Positions 20,546-32,057 of a stretch of 64,000 nucleotides of DNA are shown in pieces. The notes beneath the pieces were generated by a model, which saw only the letters and a program-made list of their open reading frames with translations, was not told the DNA's origin and did not search any database. A program made the position numbers and the translations under genes. This DNA comes from Variovorax sp. YR752 (GTDB lineage: Bacteria; Pseudomonadota; Gammaproteobacteria; Burkholderiales; Burkholderiaceae_C). Position 1 is the first letter of the stretch. Each line of letters begins with the position of its first letter. The stretch spans positions 6,518-70,517 of the forward strand of contig CAMATD010000001.1 in the NCBI GenBank assembly GCA_945860785.1, written 5' to 3'.

Positions 20546-22006
20546 TCAGGCGGCTGCCGCGTACAGGTCGACGTATTCGTTCACCGGCATCGCTTCGAGC
20601 TTCTTCGCATCGAGCGACACATCCAGAATTGCCTGCTGCTGCTTCTGCGCAAAGCGGCGCGCCAGGTTGGTCCGGAACTTGGCTTCGAGCAGCGGAATGC
20701 CATCGGCACGGCGGCGCTTGTGGCCGATCGGGTACTCGACCACCACCTCGGAGAAGCTCGTGCCGTCCTTGAACTCCACGGTCAGCGCGTTGGCGATGCT
20801 GCGCTTTTCGGGGTCGTGGTAGTCGGCGGTGAACTTCGGGTCTTCCACGCAGACGATCTTGTCGCGCAGCGCGTCGATGCGCGGATCGTTCGCCACGCTG
20901 TCCTCGTAGTCGCCGGCCGTGAGGCGGCCGAAGATCATCGGCATAGCCACCATGTACTGGATGCAGTGGTCGCGGTCGGCCGGGTTGTTCAGCGGGCCCT
21001 TCTTGTCGATGATGCGGATGCAGGCCTCGTGCGTGCGGATCGTCACCTTGCCGATGTCGTCCACGCTCTTGCCCGACTTCTGCAGTTGCGCATGCAGCGT
21101 CATGCCCGCCTCCACCGCCGTCTGGCTGTGGAACTCCGCCGGGAAGCTGATCTTGAACAGCACGTTCTCCATCACATAGCTGCCATACGGGCGCTGGAAC
21201 TTGAAGGGCTGGCCCTTGAACAGCACGTCGTAGAAGCCCCAAGTTTTGGCCGTGAGCACGCTCGGGTAGCCCATCTCGCCCGTCTTGGCGATCAGCGCGA
21301 GGCGCACCGCGCGGCTCGTGGCATCGCCCGCGGCCCAGCTCTTGCGGCTGCCGGTGTTGGGTGCATGGCGGTAGGTGCGCAGGCTTTGGCCGTCGACCCA
21401 GGCGAGCGACACGGCATTGACGATCTCGTCGTGCGTCAAACCCATCAGGCGCGCCACCACGGCGGTCGACGCCACCTTGACCAGCACCACGTGATCGAGC
21501 CCGACCTTGTTGAACGAGTTCTCGAGCGCGAGGCAACCCTGGATCTCGTGCGCCTGGATCAGCCCGGTGAGCACGTCGCGCATGGTCAGCGGTGCGCGCC
21601 CGGCGGCCACCGCATTGCGGCTCAGCCAGTCGGCCGTGGCCAGGATGCCGCCGAGGTTGTCGCTCGGATGGCCCCACTCCGCCGCAAGCCAAGTGTCGTT
21701 GAAGTCGAGCCAGCGGATCATCGTGCCGATGTTGAAGGCGGCCTGGATCGGGTCGAGCTGGTGCGGCGTGCCGGGCACCTTCGCGCCGTTCGGCACCACC
21801 GTGCCGGGCACGACCGGGCCGAGCAGCTTGGTGCAGGCCGGGTATTCGAGCGCCTCGAGGCCGCAGCCCAGCGTGTCGATCAGGCAGTGGCGCGCGGTTT
21901 CATAGGCGAGCGCGCTGGTGATCTGCCGGTGGTTGAGCACGTAGTCGACGATGTCGACCAGCACTTGATCGGGTTCGGGGCGGACGTTGCTGATGTGAGC
22001 TGACAT
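20546..22006 (-). CDS. prpD: 2-methylcitrate dehydratase
   Basis: [38 protein letters not shown] and [10 protein letters not shown]. Confidence 0.95.
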   Translation of the reverse strand: MSAHISNVRPEPDQVLVDIVDYVLNHRQITSALAYETARHCLIDTLGCGLEALEYPACTKLLGPVVPGTVVPNGAKVPGTPHQLDPIQAAFNIGTMIRWLDFNDTWLAAEWGHPSDNLGGILATADWLSRNAVAAGRAPLTMRDVLTGLIQAHEIQGCLALENSFNKVGLDHVVLVKVASTAVVARLMGLTHDEIVNAVSLAWVDGQSLRTYRHAPNTGSRKSWAAGDATSRAVRLALIAKTGEMGYPSVLTAKTWGFYDVLFKGQPFKFQRPYGSYVMENVLFKISFPAEFHSQTAVEAGMTLHAQLQKSGKSVDDIGKVTIRTHEACIRIIDKKGPLNNPADRDHCIQYMVAMPMIFGRLTAGDYEDSVANDPRIDALRDKIVCVEDPKFTADYHDPEKRSIANALTVEFKDGTSFSEVVVEYPIGHKRRRADGIPLLEAKFRTNLARRFAQKQQQAILDVSLDAKKLEAMPVNEYVDLYAAAA

Positions 22007-22044
22007 GGGATCTCTCTGAACAAACAAACAAACAAAAAACGGTG

Positions 22045-23028
22045 TCACTCGGCCCGGATGCCGGCCTCGTGGATGACCTTGCCGTAGCGGACGATCTCGG
22101 CGCGGATCAGCGCACCGAATTCTTCCGGCGTGCCGCCGGCCGCGCCCACGCCCGTGGGTTCGAGCCGGTCTTCCATCTCCTTGGCCCGGAGCATCGCATT
22201 GAGCTCGGTGCTGAGCCGCGCGAGCACCGCCGGCGGCAGGCCCTTGGGCCCGACCAGTCCGTGCCAGGCAACCACGTCGTAGTCCGGCAGGCCGCTCTCG
22301 GCCACCGAGGGAATGTCGGGATAGGCCGGAAGGCGCTTGGCCGTGCTCACCGCCAGGGCGCGCAGCTTGCCGGCCTTGACGTGCTGCATCAATGCCTCGG
22401 TGCCGGCGAACAGCATGTCGACATTGCCGGAGAGCAGGTCGTTGACCGCCGGCCCCGTGCCCTTGTAGGGCACATGCGTGGCCTTGACCTTCGCCATCTC
22501 GAACATGTACTCGGTCACCACATGCAGATGGCCGCCCGCGCCGCTGGAGGCGAAGGTGAGCTTGCCCGGGTCCTTGCGCGCCAGTGCCAGCAGCTCCTGC
22601 AGGTTGCGCGCCGGCACGCGCGGGTTCACGCACAGCACATAGGCGCCGCGCGACAACTGGATCACCGGCGTGATGTCGGCCACCGGATCGAAGGCGAGCT
22701 TGTAGAGCGCGGGGTTCACCGTATAGCTGCCCGCCACCAGCAGCAGCGTATAGCCGTCGGGTGCAGCCTTCACGCCGATCTCGGTGCCCAGCGTACCGCC
22801 GGCGCCGGGCTTATTGTCGACCAGCACCGTCTGGCCGATGCGTTCGCCCAGCTTGGCCGCGGCCAGACGCGCGATGAAGTCGGAGCCGCCGCCCGGTGCG
22901 AACGGGCACACGATGCGGATGGATTTCGACGGAAAGGCCCCCGCCTGGGCGCACGCGATGCGCGGCACCAGGCCACCGAGCGCAAGCGCCGGAACAAGGG
23001 CTGAGAAACTTCGACGGTCGATGTTCAT
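22045..23028 (-). CDS. Bug/TctC substrate-binding protein (Tat-like signal)
   Basis: MNIDRRSF; [19 protein letters not shown]; [10 protein letters not shown]. Confidence 0.9.
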   Translation of the reverse strand: MNIDRRSFSALVPALALGGLVPRIACAQAGAFPSKSIRIVCPFAPGGGSDFIARLAAAKLGERIGQTVLVDNKPGAGGTLGTEIGVKAAPDGYTLLLVAGSYTVNPALYKLAFDPVADITPVIQLSRGAYVLCVNPRVPARNLQELLALARKDPGKLTFASSGAGGHLHVVTEYMFEMAKVKATHVPYKGTGPAVNDLLSGNVDMLFAGTEALMQHVKAGKLRALAVSTAKRLPAYPDIPSVAESGLPDYDVVAWHGLVGPKGLPPAVLARLSTELNAMLRAKEMEDRLEPTGVGAAGGTPEEFGALIRAEIVRYGKVIHEAGIRAE

Positions 23029-23124
23029 TGCAGATTTCCCGAGGATGTGGAACGCAGGCGCGCCGGATGGAATGGCACGGTGCATTGCACGCCCATGGGC
23101 GCCTTTGCGCCCTCGGGATTTGTC

Positions 23125-24291
23125 CTAGCGGCGGTCGCCGATGGGCACGAAGATCAGGTCTTCCGGGCCGGTGTAGTTGGCGCTCGGGCGAATGATCTTG
23201 TTGTCCTGGCGCTGCTCGATGATGTGCGCGGCCCAGCCGCTGGTGCGCGCGATCACGAAGAGCGGCGTGAACATCGCGGTCGGCACGCCGAGCATGTGAT
23301 AGCTCACAGCACTGAACCAGTCGAGGTTGGGAAACATCTTCTTCGCATCCCACATGACGGTTTCGAGCCGCTCGGCGATGTCGTACATGCGGGTGGAGCT
23401 GACCTCGTCGGAGAGCTTTTTCGCCACCCGCTTGATGACGATATTGCGCGGATCCGATACGGTGTAGACCGGGTGGCCGAAACCGATCACGACTTCCTTG
23501 GCTTCCACGCGGCGGCGGATGTCGGCCTCGGCTTCGTCGGGCGTGTCGTAGCGCTTCTGGATCTCGAAGGCCACCTCGTTGGCACCGCCGTGCTTCGGGC
23601 CGCGCAGTGCGCCGATGGCGCCGGTAATGGCCGAGTACACATCGGAGCCCGTGCCCGCCACCACACGCGCGGTGAAGGTCGAGGCGTTGAACTCGTATTC
23701 GGCGTAGAGGTTGAGCGAGGTGTGCATCGCACGCTCCCAGCTCGCCGAGGGTGCACGGCCATGCAGCAGGCGCAGGAAGTGCGCGCCGATCGATTCGTCG
23801 TCCGTCTCGACTTCGATGCGCCGGCCCTGCGTGGACCAGTGGTACCAGTACAGCAGCATCGAACCGAGCGAAGCCATCAGCCGATCGGCGATGTCGCGCG
23901 CGCCGGGCAGCGAATGGTCGTCCTTCTCGGGCAGCACGCAGCCGAGCGCCGACACGCCGGTGCGCATCACGTCCATCGGATGGGCGCTGGCAGGCAGGTG
24001 CTCCAGCGCTTCCTTCACGCTCGCCGGCAGGCCGCGCATCGCCTTGAGACGGCCCTTGTAGGCCCGCAGTTCGGAGGCGGTCGGCAGCTTGCCATGCACC
24101 AGCAGGTGCGCGATTTCCTCGAACTCGCAGACATCGGCGATGTCGAGGATGTCGTAGCCGCGGTAGTGCAGGTCGTTGCCGGTGCGGCCCACGGTGCAGA
24201 GCGCGGTGTTGCCCGCGGTCACGCCCGAAAGCGCCACGGATTTCTTCGACTTGAAGCCGGCGGTGGGCGCGTTGTCCGTGATCAGGGTCAT
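23125..24291 (-). CDS. prpC: 2-methylcitrate synthase
   Basis: [30 protein letters not shown] and FPNLDW; [10 protein letters not shown] replaces the canonical YAEHEFNAST. Confidence 0.93.
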   Translation of the reverse strand: MTLITDNAPTAGFKSKKSVALSGVTAGNTALCTVGRTGNDLHYRGYDILDIADVCEFEEIAHLLVHGKLPTASELRAYKGRLKAMRGLPASVKEALEHLPASAHPMDVMRTGVSALGCVLPEKDDHSLPGARDIADRLMASLGSMLLYWYHWSTQGRRIEVETDDESIGAHFLRLLHGRAPSASWERAMHTSLNLYAEYEFNASTFTARVVAGTGSDVYSAITGAIGALRGPKHGGANEVAFEIQKRYDTPDEAEADIRRRVEAKEVVIGFGHPVYTVSDPRNIVIKRVAKKLSDEVSSTRMYDIAERLETVMWDAKKMFPNLDWFSAVSYHMLGVPTAMFTPLFVIARTSGWAAHIIEQRQDNKIIRPSANYTGPEDLIFVPIGDRR

Positions 24292-24699
24292 ACAGTCTCC
24301 TCGATTGTTTCTTCATGAAGGTGCGGCGGGTTCGCCAGCCGCACCGGTCGTCCGGCGGCATCCACCGCCACCATCTCGAATTCGCCGTCGAGCACACGCG
24401 TCAGTGCCTCGGTGGCCACGTCCTGCACGCTGCCGGCCACGCGCACGGTGAGCGAACTGCGGCCCACGCGCGACACCTGCGCATCCAGCATCAACGTGCT
24501 GCCCAACCGCACCGGCGCATGGAACAGCACCTCGCCGCAGCGCGCCATCACCACGTCGCCGCGCGCGAAGCTGCGGCCGCTGAGAAATGCCGCCTTCGAC
24601 AGCAACTGCAGCGCCTGCCCGCTGAACAGCGTGCCGTAGTGGTTGGTGTGTTCCGGGAACACCACCTCGATCAGTCGGACCGTGCCGCGTGTTTTGCAT
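24288..24699 (-). pseudogene. Hotdog-fold acyl-CoA thioesterase (YciA-like), apparent frameshift just after ATG
   Basis: VFPEHTNHYGTLFSG...VGRSSL...MVAVDAAGRP; the only nearby ATG (24699, MQNT) is out of frame. Confidence 0.7.
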
Positions 24700-24776
24700 G
24701 ATTCGCAATTTACGCAAGATCGTGCCCATAATGAAGGCCTGAATTGGCAAATGATTGCGAAGACGGCACAGCTGAT

Positions 24777-24829
24777 TTGCGAATCTTGCGAATCTTGCGA
24801 ATCTTGCGAATCTTGCGAATCTTGCGAAT
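24777..24829. repeat. Tandem array (TTGCGAATC)x5 + TTGCGAAT; putative amplified operator
   Basis: Directly visible perfect 9-bp repeats, ending 20 bp before the ScfR ATG in a divergent promoter. Confidence 0.9.
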
Positions 24830-24849
24830 ATCGAAGAACGGATCGAACG

Positions 24850-26362
24850 ATGAAGAAGACCTTCATGGGCGTGCGACTGCGAAGCCTGCGCGAAGAACGC
24901 GACCTGAGCCAGCTCGCGCTCGCACAGCAGCTCGGCCTCTCGCCGAGCTACCTGAACCAGATCGAGCAGAACCAGCGGCCGCTCACCGTGCCGGTGCTGC
25001 TGCGCCTTCACGCCACGCTGGGCGTCGACATCCAGGCCTTCTCGGAAGACGAAGAGGCCCGCCTCGTCGCCAGCCTGCGCGAAGCGCTGGCCGACCACCC
25101 GGGTGGTGACACCGTCGCACTCGCCGAGCTCCGCGAAGTCGCCACGCAGATGCCTGCCGTGGGCCGTGCACTGGTGGCGCTGCACCAGCGACACCGCGAT
25201 GCAATGGAGCGCCTCGAATCCCTGGCCGGCGAACTCGGCGATGGCCGTGGCGACCTCGCGCGCATGCCGCAGGCGCGGCCGATGCCCTTCGAAGGAAGTG
25301 CGCGACTTTTTCTTCGCCCATCAGAACCACATCGCACCGCTGGACAACGCTGCCGAAACCTTCTCCGCGCAGTGGCGCCTGCGCGAAGGCAACCCCGGCG
25401 ACCGGCTCGCGCATCGCCTGCTGGAGGCGCACGGCGTGCAGGTGATCCCGGCCGAGGACGACGAAGGCGGTGCACAACGCCGCTTCGACCCGGCCACGCG
25501 CGTGCTGCGGCTCTCGCGCTACCTCGAACCCGGCCAGCATGCCTTCCAGCTCGCGACGCAGCTCGCCTTTTTCGAAGCCGGCGAGATGATCGACAAGCTG
25601 GTCGCCGAAGCGCCTCTGTCGAGCGACACCGCGCGCTCGCTCGCGCGCATTGGCCTCGCCAACTACTTCGCCGCTGCACTGTTGCTGCCCTACGGCATGT
25701 TCCTCGAAGCGGCCGAGCAGCTGCGCTACGACATCGACCAGCTGGCGCGGCGCTTCGGCGTGGGCTTCGAGACCATCTGCCACCGCCTGAGCTCGCTGCA
25801 GCGGCCCGAGGCACGCGGCGTGCCCTTCTTTCTCATCCGCGTCGACCGCGCGGGCAACATCTCGAAGCGGCAGTCGGCCACGCACTTCCACTTCTCGAAG
25901 ACCGGCGGCACCTGCCCGCTATGGAACGTGTACGAGGCCTTCGCGCAACCGGGCCGCGTGCTCACGCAGCTGGCACGCATGCCCGATGGCCGCGCCTACC
26001 TCTGGATCGCGCGCACGGTGTCGCACGGCTACCGGGGCTACGGCTCGCCCAACAAGACCTTCTCGATCGGCCTGGGCTGCGACATCAGCCACGCCACGCG
26101 GCTCGTCTACTCCAAGGGCATGGACCTGCGTGACCCCGATGTGCCGACGCCCATCGGCGCGGGCTGCAAGGTGTGCGAGCGCGAGACCTGCCCGCAGCGC
26201 GCCTTTCCTTTCGTGGGGCGGCCGCTCGACGTGGACGAGAACCAGAGCCGCTTCATGCCCTATGCCGCGGCGCCCGACAAGTACGGCGCCGCGCGGACCG
26301 CGCTCAGGAGCGGGGCCAGCCGCGCACCAGCGTCCGGATCGCCACGGCGCCGCTCCCCTTGA
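24850..26362 (+). pseudogene. XRE-family short-chain fatty acyl-CoA regulator (ScfR/PrpR/RamB-like), +1 frameshift near 25292
   Basis: HTH SPSYLNQIEQNQRPLT; RVDRAGNISKR, GGTCPLWNV and Cys motif GAGCKVCERETCPQRAFP; ttcgaaggaagtg breaks FEEVRD. Confidence 0.9.
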
Positions 26363-27150
26363 CCTCGGCGCGGTAGGTGCCGACCAGCGCCTCGCGCTCG
26401 GCCGCGGCCTGCGGGTCGTTGCGCCAGGCCAGCAAGGCCGCCGCGTCCGCATCCGGCAGGGCCGCGAGCAGCGCCTGCGTCACCTGTTTTTCGAACTCGC
26501 GCGCCACGATGAGCAGGTTGCGCGGACGCGTCGATGTCACGCCGCGCGACCACAGCGTGTCGACGGCCATGTCGAGCGTGCGGTCCGGCAGGGAGGTGAA
26601 CTGGCCGCCGTTGCCGCGCGCCAGCTGCTTGACGACGGCACTCAGCAGCAGCTGGCTGGAGAAGTCGACTTCGCGCGTGTCGGCCACGGCCATGCGGTCG
26701 AGCAGCTCGGTTCGCACCGGGTCGGCCGGGCGCGCTGGAAGAATTCCGCCCTGCCCGCTTCGCTCATCGCGGTGTAGTCGGTGCGCAATTGCGCGAACCG
26801 GTTGACCGCGGCCCCAGCACCTGCGGGCTCGGTGCGGCGCCGCCCTTGCCCGCCGCTTCCACCTCCTGCTGGATCGCAGCCACAGAGGCACCCACGTCGA
26901 ACGACTGCGCTGCGGCCGTGTCCAGCGCCTTGAGCGCCTTGTCCGCAATGGTTTGGTCGGCAGGCTCCAGCTGCTCGCGCGCGCCGCGCGCCACGGCGCC
27001 CGGCGCATAGGAGGCCTAGTAGCGCACCTGCACGCCTTCGAACTGCAGCAGGGCTTGTGCGCGGTTCTGCGCCCAGCCCATCAGCGGAGCCAAGAGCAAC
27101 AAAAGCAACAGGGGGAAACGAAAGGAAAGCAGGCGGTTCGAGGAAAGCAT
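26304..27150 (-). pseudogene. Hypothetical exported protein, TAG at 27016-27018 plus frameshift near 26800
   Basis: Signal-like MLSSNRLLSFRFPLLLLLLLAPLMGWA, then Y*ASY; a protein-like C-terminal half lies in another frame. Confidence 0.55.
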
Positions 27151-27189
27151 AGCGCCATTATTGGCACGCCCGCATTTCCCCTTCTCCCG

Positions 27190-29535
27190 TCAAGCCGCCG
27201 CCAGTTCCTTGCGCAGCAGTTTCGCGGCCGTGACCATGTTGGCGAGTGCCGCCTCGGTCTCGGGCCAGCCTCGGGTCTTGAGGCCGCAGTCGGGGTTGAT
27301 CCAGAGGTTCTGGTGCGGCACCACGCCCGCGGCCTTGCGCATCAGGCGCACGATCTCGTCCACCGACGGCACGCGCGGCGAATGGATGTCGTACACGCCC
27401 GGGCCGATCTCGTTCGGATAGCGGAAGCCGCCCGCATTGTTCTCGCCACCGAAGCCGCGCAACAACTCCATGTCGGAGCGGCTGGTCTCGATGGTGATCA
27501 CGTCGGCATCCATGGCCGCGATCTCCGGCAGGATGTCGTTGAACTCCGAATAGCACATGTGCGTGTGGATCTGCGTCTCGTCGCGCACGCCCGAGGCGCT
27601 GATGCGGAAGGCGCGCGTGGCGGACTTCAGGTAGGCGGGCCAGCCGGCGCGGCGCAGCGGCAGGCCTTCGCGGATGGCCGGCTCGTCGATCTGGATGATG
27701 CCGATGCCGGCGCCTTCGAGGTCGACCACCTCGTCGCGGATCGCCCAGGCGATCTGCTCGCAAGTCTGGCTGCGCGGCTGGTCGTCGCGCACGAAGGACC
27801 ATTGCAGGATGGTGACGGGGCCGGTCAGCATGCCCTTCATCGGCAGCTTGGTGAGACTCTGCGCATAGGCGGTCCATTCGACCGTCATCGCGGCGGGGCG
27901 CGCCACGTCGCCGAAGATCACCGGCGGCTTGACGCAGCGCGAACCGTACGACTGCACCCAGCCGTTGGCGGTGAAGGCGAAGCCATCGAGCTGTTCGCCG
28001 AAGTACTCGACCATGTCGTTGCGCTCGGCCTCGCCGTGCACGAGCACGTCGATGCCCAGTTCTTCCTGCTTGCGAACGGCCAGCGCGATTTCGGCGCGCA
28101 TCTTCTCGTTGTAGCCGGCCGCATCGAGCTCGCCGCGCTTGAAGGCGGCGCGCGCGGCGCGGATGTCCGAGGTCTGCGGGAACGAGCCGATGGTGGTGGT
28201 CGGCAGTGCGGGCAAGGCAAAACGCGCGCGCTGCACCGACTGGCGCTGCGTGAACACCGACACCCGGCTGTCGTCGCCGGCCACGCTGCGCGCGAGGCGC
28301 AGCGCCACGTCGGCACGGTGCACGCGCGGACTGCTGCGGCGTGCCGCGACGGCCGCACGAGCCGTCTTGAGTTCTTCGGCGACCGAGCCTTCGCGGCCAT
28401 CGAGCACGGCGTGCAGCACGCGCAGCTCGTCGAGCTTTTCGACGGCGAAGGCGAGCCATGACTTGAGCTCGGCATCGAGCTTGTTCTCCGCCGCAAGGCT
28501 GAACGGCACATGCAGCAGCGAGCACGAAGGTGCGATCCACAACTCGTCGCGGTTCCTGTCGATCACCGGGCGCAATGCAGCGAGCGCCGCATCGGGATCG
28601 GTGCGCCAGATATTGCGGCCATCGACGATGCCAACCGACAGCACCTTGTGCGCCGAGAGCCAGTCGGCCACGCCCGTCAGTTCCTGGGGCGAGCGCACCG
28701 CATCCACATGCAGGCCGGCGACCGGCAGTTGGCAGGCCAGGCGCAGGTTGTCGGAGAGCGGCGAGAAGTATGTGGCCAGCAGCAGCTTGGGCGCGCTGCG
28801 AGCGAGCTGCCAGTAGGCACGCTCGAAGGCGTTGCGCCAGGTATCGGGCAGGTCGAGGCCGAGGATGGGTTCGTCGATCTGCACCCACTCCACGCCCTGC
28901 TGCTTGAGGCGCGTGAGCACCTGCTCATACACCGGCAGCAGCGCATCGAGCAGCGAGAAGCGGTCGAAGCCCGCCTCTTTCTCCTTGCCCAGGTACAGGA
29001 AGCTCAGCGGCCCGAGCAGCACGGCCTTGACCGCATGGCCGGCCTGCTGCGCCTGTGCCACTTCGTCGAACAGCCGCGTCGATGCGAGCTTGAACTGCGT
29101 GGCGGCGTTGAATTCGGGCACGAGGTAGTGGTAGTTGGTGTCGAACCACTTGGTCATTTCCAGCGCGAAGGTGCCTTCGGCGCCGTGGTTGCAGCTGGCA
29201 TCGTGCACGTGGCCGACTTCGTCTTCCACGCCACGCGCCATCTTGAAGTAACGCGAAAGTTCAGGCTCATCGCCCTTGAAATCGAAACGCGCTGGCTCGC
29301 AGCCGAGCAACTGGATATGGTTGGCCACATGGTCGTAGTAGGCGAAGTCGCCCACGGTCACGAAGTCGAGCCCCGCATCGCGCTGGGCCTGCCAGTGGCG
29401 CGCGCGCAGTTGTTCACCGACGATCTCGAGCGCAGCGCGGTCGATCTCGCCACGCCAGTGCTTTTCGAGTGCGAACTTCAGTTCCCGGTTGGCGCCCATG
29501 CGCGGAAAGCCGAGGGTGTGGGTACGGGTGGTCAT
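27190..29535 (-). CDS. metE: Cobalamin-independent methionine synthase
   Basis: [26 protein letters not shown] and [11 protein letters not shown]; intact. Confidence 0.97.
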   Translation of the reverse strand: MTTRTHTLGFPRMGANRELKFALEKHWRGEIDRAALEIVGEQLRARHWQAQRDAGLDFVTVGDFAYYDHVANHIQLLGCEPARFDFKGDEPELSRYFKMARGVEDEVGHVHDASCNHGAEGTFALEMTKWFDTNYHYLVPEFNAATQFKLASTRLFDEVAQAQQAGHAVKAVLLGPLSFLYLGKEKEAGFDRFSLLDALLPVYEQVLTRLKQQGVEWVQIDEPILGLDLPDTWRNAFERAYWQLARSAPKLLLATYFSPLSDNLRLACQLPVAGLHVDAVRSPQELTGVADWLSAHKVLSVGIVDGRNIWRTDPDAALAALRPVIDRNRDELWIAPSCSLLHVPFSLAAENKLDAELKSWLAFAVEKLDELRVLHAVLDGREGSVAEELKTARAAVAARRSSPRVHRADVALRLARSVAGDDSRVSVFTQRQSVQRARFALPALPTTTIGSFPQTSDIRAARAAFKRGELDAAGYNEKMRAEIALAVRKQEELGIDVLVHGEAERNDMVEYFGEQLDGFAFTANGWVQSYGSRCVKPPVIFGDVARPAAMTVEWTAYAQSLTKLPMKGMLTGPVTILQWSFVRDDQPRSQTCEQIAWAIRDEVVDLEGAGIGIIQIDEPAIREGLPLRRAGWPAYLKSATRAFRISASGVRDETQIHTHMCYSEFNDILPEIAAMDADVITIETSRSDMELLRGFGGENNAGGFRYPNEIGPGVYDIHSPRVPSVDEIVRLMRKAAGVVPHQNLWINPDCGLKTRGWPETEAALANMVTAAKLLRKELAAA

Positions 29536-29625
29536 TGCAGGTAGTCCGGTCGCTTGAATCTTGAGAATCCGCAATGGTCACGCTTTGAGGTCTATGATTC
29601 AAACGAAACCTTTTGCCCATTCGCT

Positions 29626-29638
29626 TGAATAATATTCA
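29626..29638. promoter_or_regulatory. MetR box
   Basis: TGAA-taata-TTCA matches the TGAA-N5-TTCA consensus between divergent metE and metR. Confidence 0.75.
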
Positions 29639-30564
29639 TGTTGCAGTCGATCCTCGAGATACGCCACCTGCGCACGCTCATCGCGTTGCGCGACACCGGC
29701 AGCCTGGTGCGCGCGGCGCAGCTGCTCAACCTCACGCAGTCGGCGCTGTCGCACCAGATCAAGCTGCTCGAAGACCGCTATGGCGCGCAGCTCTTCGAGC
29801 GCAAGTCGGTGCCACCGCAGTTCAGCACCACGGGGTTGCGGCTGCTGCAGCTGGCCGATACCGCGCTGCCGCTGATCGAGGAAGCGGAGCGCGATGTCGC
29901 GCGGCTTGCGCTGGGGCGCAGCGGGCAATTGCGCATCGTGGTCGAGTGCCACACCTGCTTCGACTGGCTGATGCCCGCGATGGATGCCTTTCGCCAGCGC
30001 TGGCCCGAGATCGAGCTCGACATCGTCTCGGGCTTCCACCCCGACCCGATCGCGCTGGTGATGCAGAACCGCGCCGAAGTGGCGATCGTGTCCGAGCAGG
30101 ACCCCGACGAGACGGTGGACTACCACGCGCTGTTCCGTTTCGAGATCGTCGCGCTGCTCGCCAACGACCATGCGCTGACGGCCAAGGCGCATCTCACGGC
30201 GCGGCACTTTGCCGACCAGACGCTGATCACCTACCCCGTGCCCGACGAGATGCTCGACATCGTGCGGCAGGTGCTGGCACCGGCCGGCGTGGAGCCCGCG
30301 CACCGGCGCACGACGGAGCTCACGGTGGCGATGCTGCAGCTGGTGGCAAGCGGCCGCGGCGTGGCGACCTTGCCGCTGTGGGCGGTGCAGAACTACCTGG
30401 ACCGCGGCTATGTCACGGCGCGCCGCGTGGGCAGCAAGGGACTGACGGGGCGGCTCTACATGGCCTGCACGCAGACCACCTCGGGGCAGCCGTGGCTCGC
30501 TGACTTCGTGCGCATCACGCGCGAGAGCTGCTTCAAGAGTCTGCCGGGGATCGAGCTGCTCTGA
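29638..30564 (+). CDS. metR: LysR regulator MetR
   Basis: LEIRHLRTL...LTQSALSHQ and ECHTCFDWLMP; divergent from metE. Confidence 0.95.
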   Translation: MLQSILEIRHLRTLIALRDTGSLVRAAQLLNLTQSALSHQIKLLEDRYGAQLFERKSVPPQFSTTGLRLLQLADTALPLIEEAERDVARLALGRSGQLRIVVECHTCFDWLMPAMDAFRQRWPEIELDIVSGFHPDPIALVMQNRAEVAIVSEQDPDETVDYHALFRFEIVALLANDHALTAKAHLTARHFADQTLITYPVPDEMLDIVRQVLAPAGVEPAHRRTTELTVAMLQLVASGRGVATLPLWAVQNYLDRGYVTARRVGSKGLTGRLYMACTQTTSGQPWLADFVRITRESCFKSLPGIELL

Positions 30565-30573
30565 TTCGCGATT

Positions 30574-30599
30574 TGTTCGGGGTGAGCGCGCCCCGAACA
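30574..30599. repeat. Mini-hairpin remnant of the repeat element; possible terminator
   Basis: tgttcgggg-tgagcgcg-ccccgaaca matches the inner inverted ends of the full element; lies between convergent genes. Confidence 0.6.
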
Positions 30600-30615
30600 G
30601 CAGCAGCCTTCCCCA

Positions 30616-31356
30616 TCAGAACCGCGTACCAACCGACAGCCGCACCATGTCCTGCGGCGTGAAGTTCACCTTCGGGTCGTAAGCCGCGCGAACGAACCAG
30701 CGCGGCCAGTCGTAGGTGACGGTCAGGCCGGCGCGGCGAATGAACTGGCCGTCCACCGTGCCCTGCTTGGCCAGCAGGTCGATCGTCAGGCGCTGTCGCT
30801 CGGGCAGCGGCAGGCGATAGACGAGGTGCACGTCCTGCTGGTCGGGGTTCAGGCGGTTGTCGCGGATCAGCGAGAGCGACAGCGCCGTGCCGTCCGGCCA
30901 CTTGTAGCCGCCGTACACCGTGTACGAATCGTTGGGGTCGAAGTTCAGATTGGCGTAGTTGCGAAGGTTGGTGCGGCCCAGCCCCGTGCCGACGAACCAG
31001 CTGTCGCCCGTCTCCACCGCCAGGCTGCCACCCACGAACCCGCCCGAGGCCGCCTGCAGCGACGGCAGCACCCGCACCGGGCCCAGCGTGAAGGTGTGGT
31101 CCCAGCTCACGTGGGGCTGCGCGAAATCGAGCACCGGCGAGCGGAACCAGCCGATCCAGACATTGCCGTCGCCGTAGGTGTAGCGCAGGTTCATGTCGAG
31201 CCCGGGCCCCGCGGGCAGGCCGCCGCCGGACACCCGGTAGGCGCCGATGGTGAGCTTGAACGGAAGCTCGGCCGCGCCGTCTTCCGCCCGGGCGGCCGGC
31301 GCAAGGCACAGCGCCGCGATGGCGGCGAAGAGCGAGGTCGATCGACGGTGGACCAT
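30616..31356 (-). CDS. Hypothetical exported, probably outer-membrane beta-barrel protein
   Basis: Signal peptide, aromatic alternating strands, C-terminal Phe (LSVGTRF). Confidence 0.65.
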   Translation of the reverse strand: MVHRRSTSLFAAIAALCLAPAARAEDGAAELPFKLTIGAYRVSGGGLPAGPGLDMNLRYTYGDGNVWIGWFRSPVLDFAQPHVSWDHTFTLGPVRVLPSLQAASGGFVGGSLAVETGDSWFVGTGLGRTNLRNYANLNFDPNDSYTVYGGYKWPDGTALSLSLIRDNRLNPDQQDVHLVYRLPLPERQRLTIDLLAKQGTVDGQFIRRAGLTVTYDWPRWFVRAAYDPKVNFTPQDMVRLSVGTRF

Positions 31357-31361
31357 GGCAC

Positions 31362-32033
31362 TCAAAACATGCTCGCGCCGATGTTGATGAGCAATGCGAG
31401 CACGGTCGTATTGAAGAGGTACGCCAGGATGCAGTGGACCGACCCGATGCGCCGCATGGGCTTGGAGACGAAGGCCACGTCCGCGGTCTGTCCCGAGGTG
31501 CCGATCACCGCGGAAAAATAGAAAAAGTCGCCGTAGTCCGGCGGCTCATCGTCCGGGAACTGGATGCCGGCCTTCCGTCCATGGCATGTCGCGGCGTAGT
31601 AGTCGTGCGCATAGTGGAGCGCGAACATGACCTGGATGAAGGCCCACGACGACACCACCGTGAGGCCGGCCAGCGCGATGTGCGCGACCTTCTCGACGCC
31701 GTGCATGTCCTTCACCACGGCAAGCTCGCCCCCGATGGCCGCCAGGCTCGCGATCGCGGACACCACCACCAGCACGAGGATGACGGTCTGCCCCTCGTCC
31801 TGCAGTTGCGCGCGGTAGCGCATGCGCTGCTGCGACGACCGGCTCATCATGGTCGCCGCGAGCAGCACGTACAGGCATGCGCCGGTGTTCCAGGCGATCA
31901 GCAGGCGCGTGACGAGGTGGGCCTCGACGGCCGACGGGAGCAGAAAGCCCACGGCAATGGCGATGGCCGTGGCGATGAAAAGCCGTGGCCGTGCGGCCAT
32001 CTGGCGGAGGAATCGGTGTCGTTGCAGTTTCAT
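31362..32033 (-). CDS. DUF1345 membrane protein
   Basis: FALHYAHDYY, PDYGDFFYFS.VIG...QTADV and FNTTVLAL.IN. Confidence 0.88.
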   Translation of the reverse strand: MKLQRHRFLRQMAARPRLFIATAIAIAVGFLLPSAVEAHLVTRLLIAWNTGACLYVLLAATMMSRSSQQRMRYRAQLQDEGQTVILVLVVVSAIASLAAIGGELAVVKDMHGVEKVAHIALAGLTVVSSWAFIQVMFALHYAHDYYAATCHGRKAGIQFPDDEPPDYGDFFYFSAVIGTSGQTADVAFVSKPMRRIGSVHCILAYLFNTTVLALLINIGASMF

Positions 32034-32057
32034 GGGGCTTCGGTCAAGCCCCTGCCA

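Noticed and set aside
24643-24866. Proteins with SQD-, CES-, LRI- or ARF-repeats
   Set aside because: These are translations of the intergenic 9-bp array in different frames; the real starts lie outside it.
29536-29637. Cobalamin or SAM riboswitch upstream of metE
   Set aside because: Only about 100 bp, shared with the metR promoter; a MetR box is present and no riboswitch core is recognisable.
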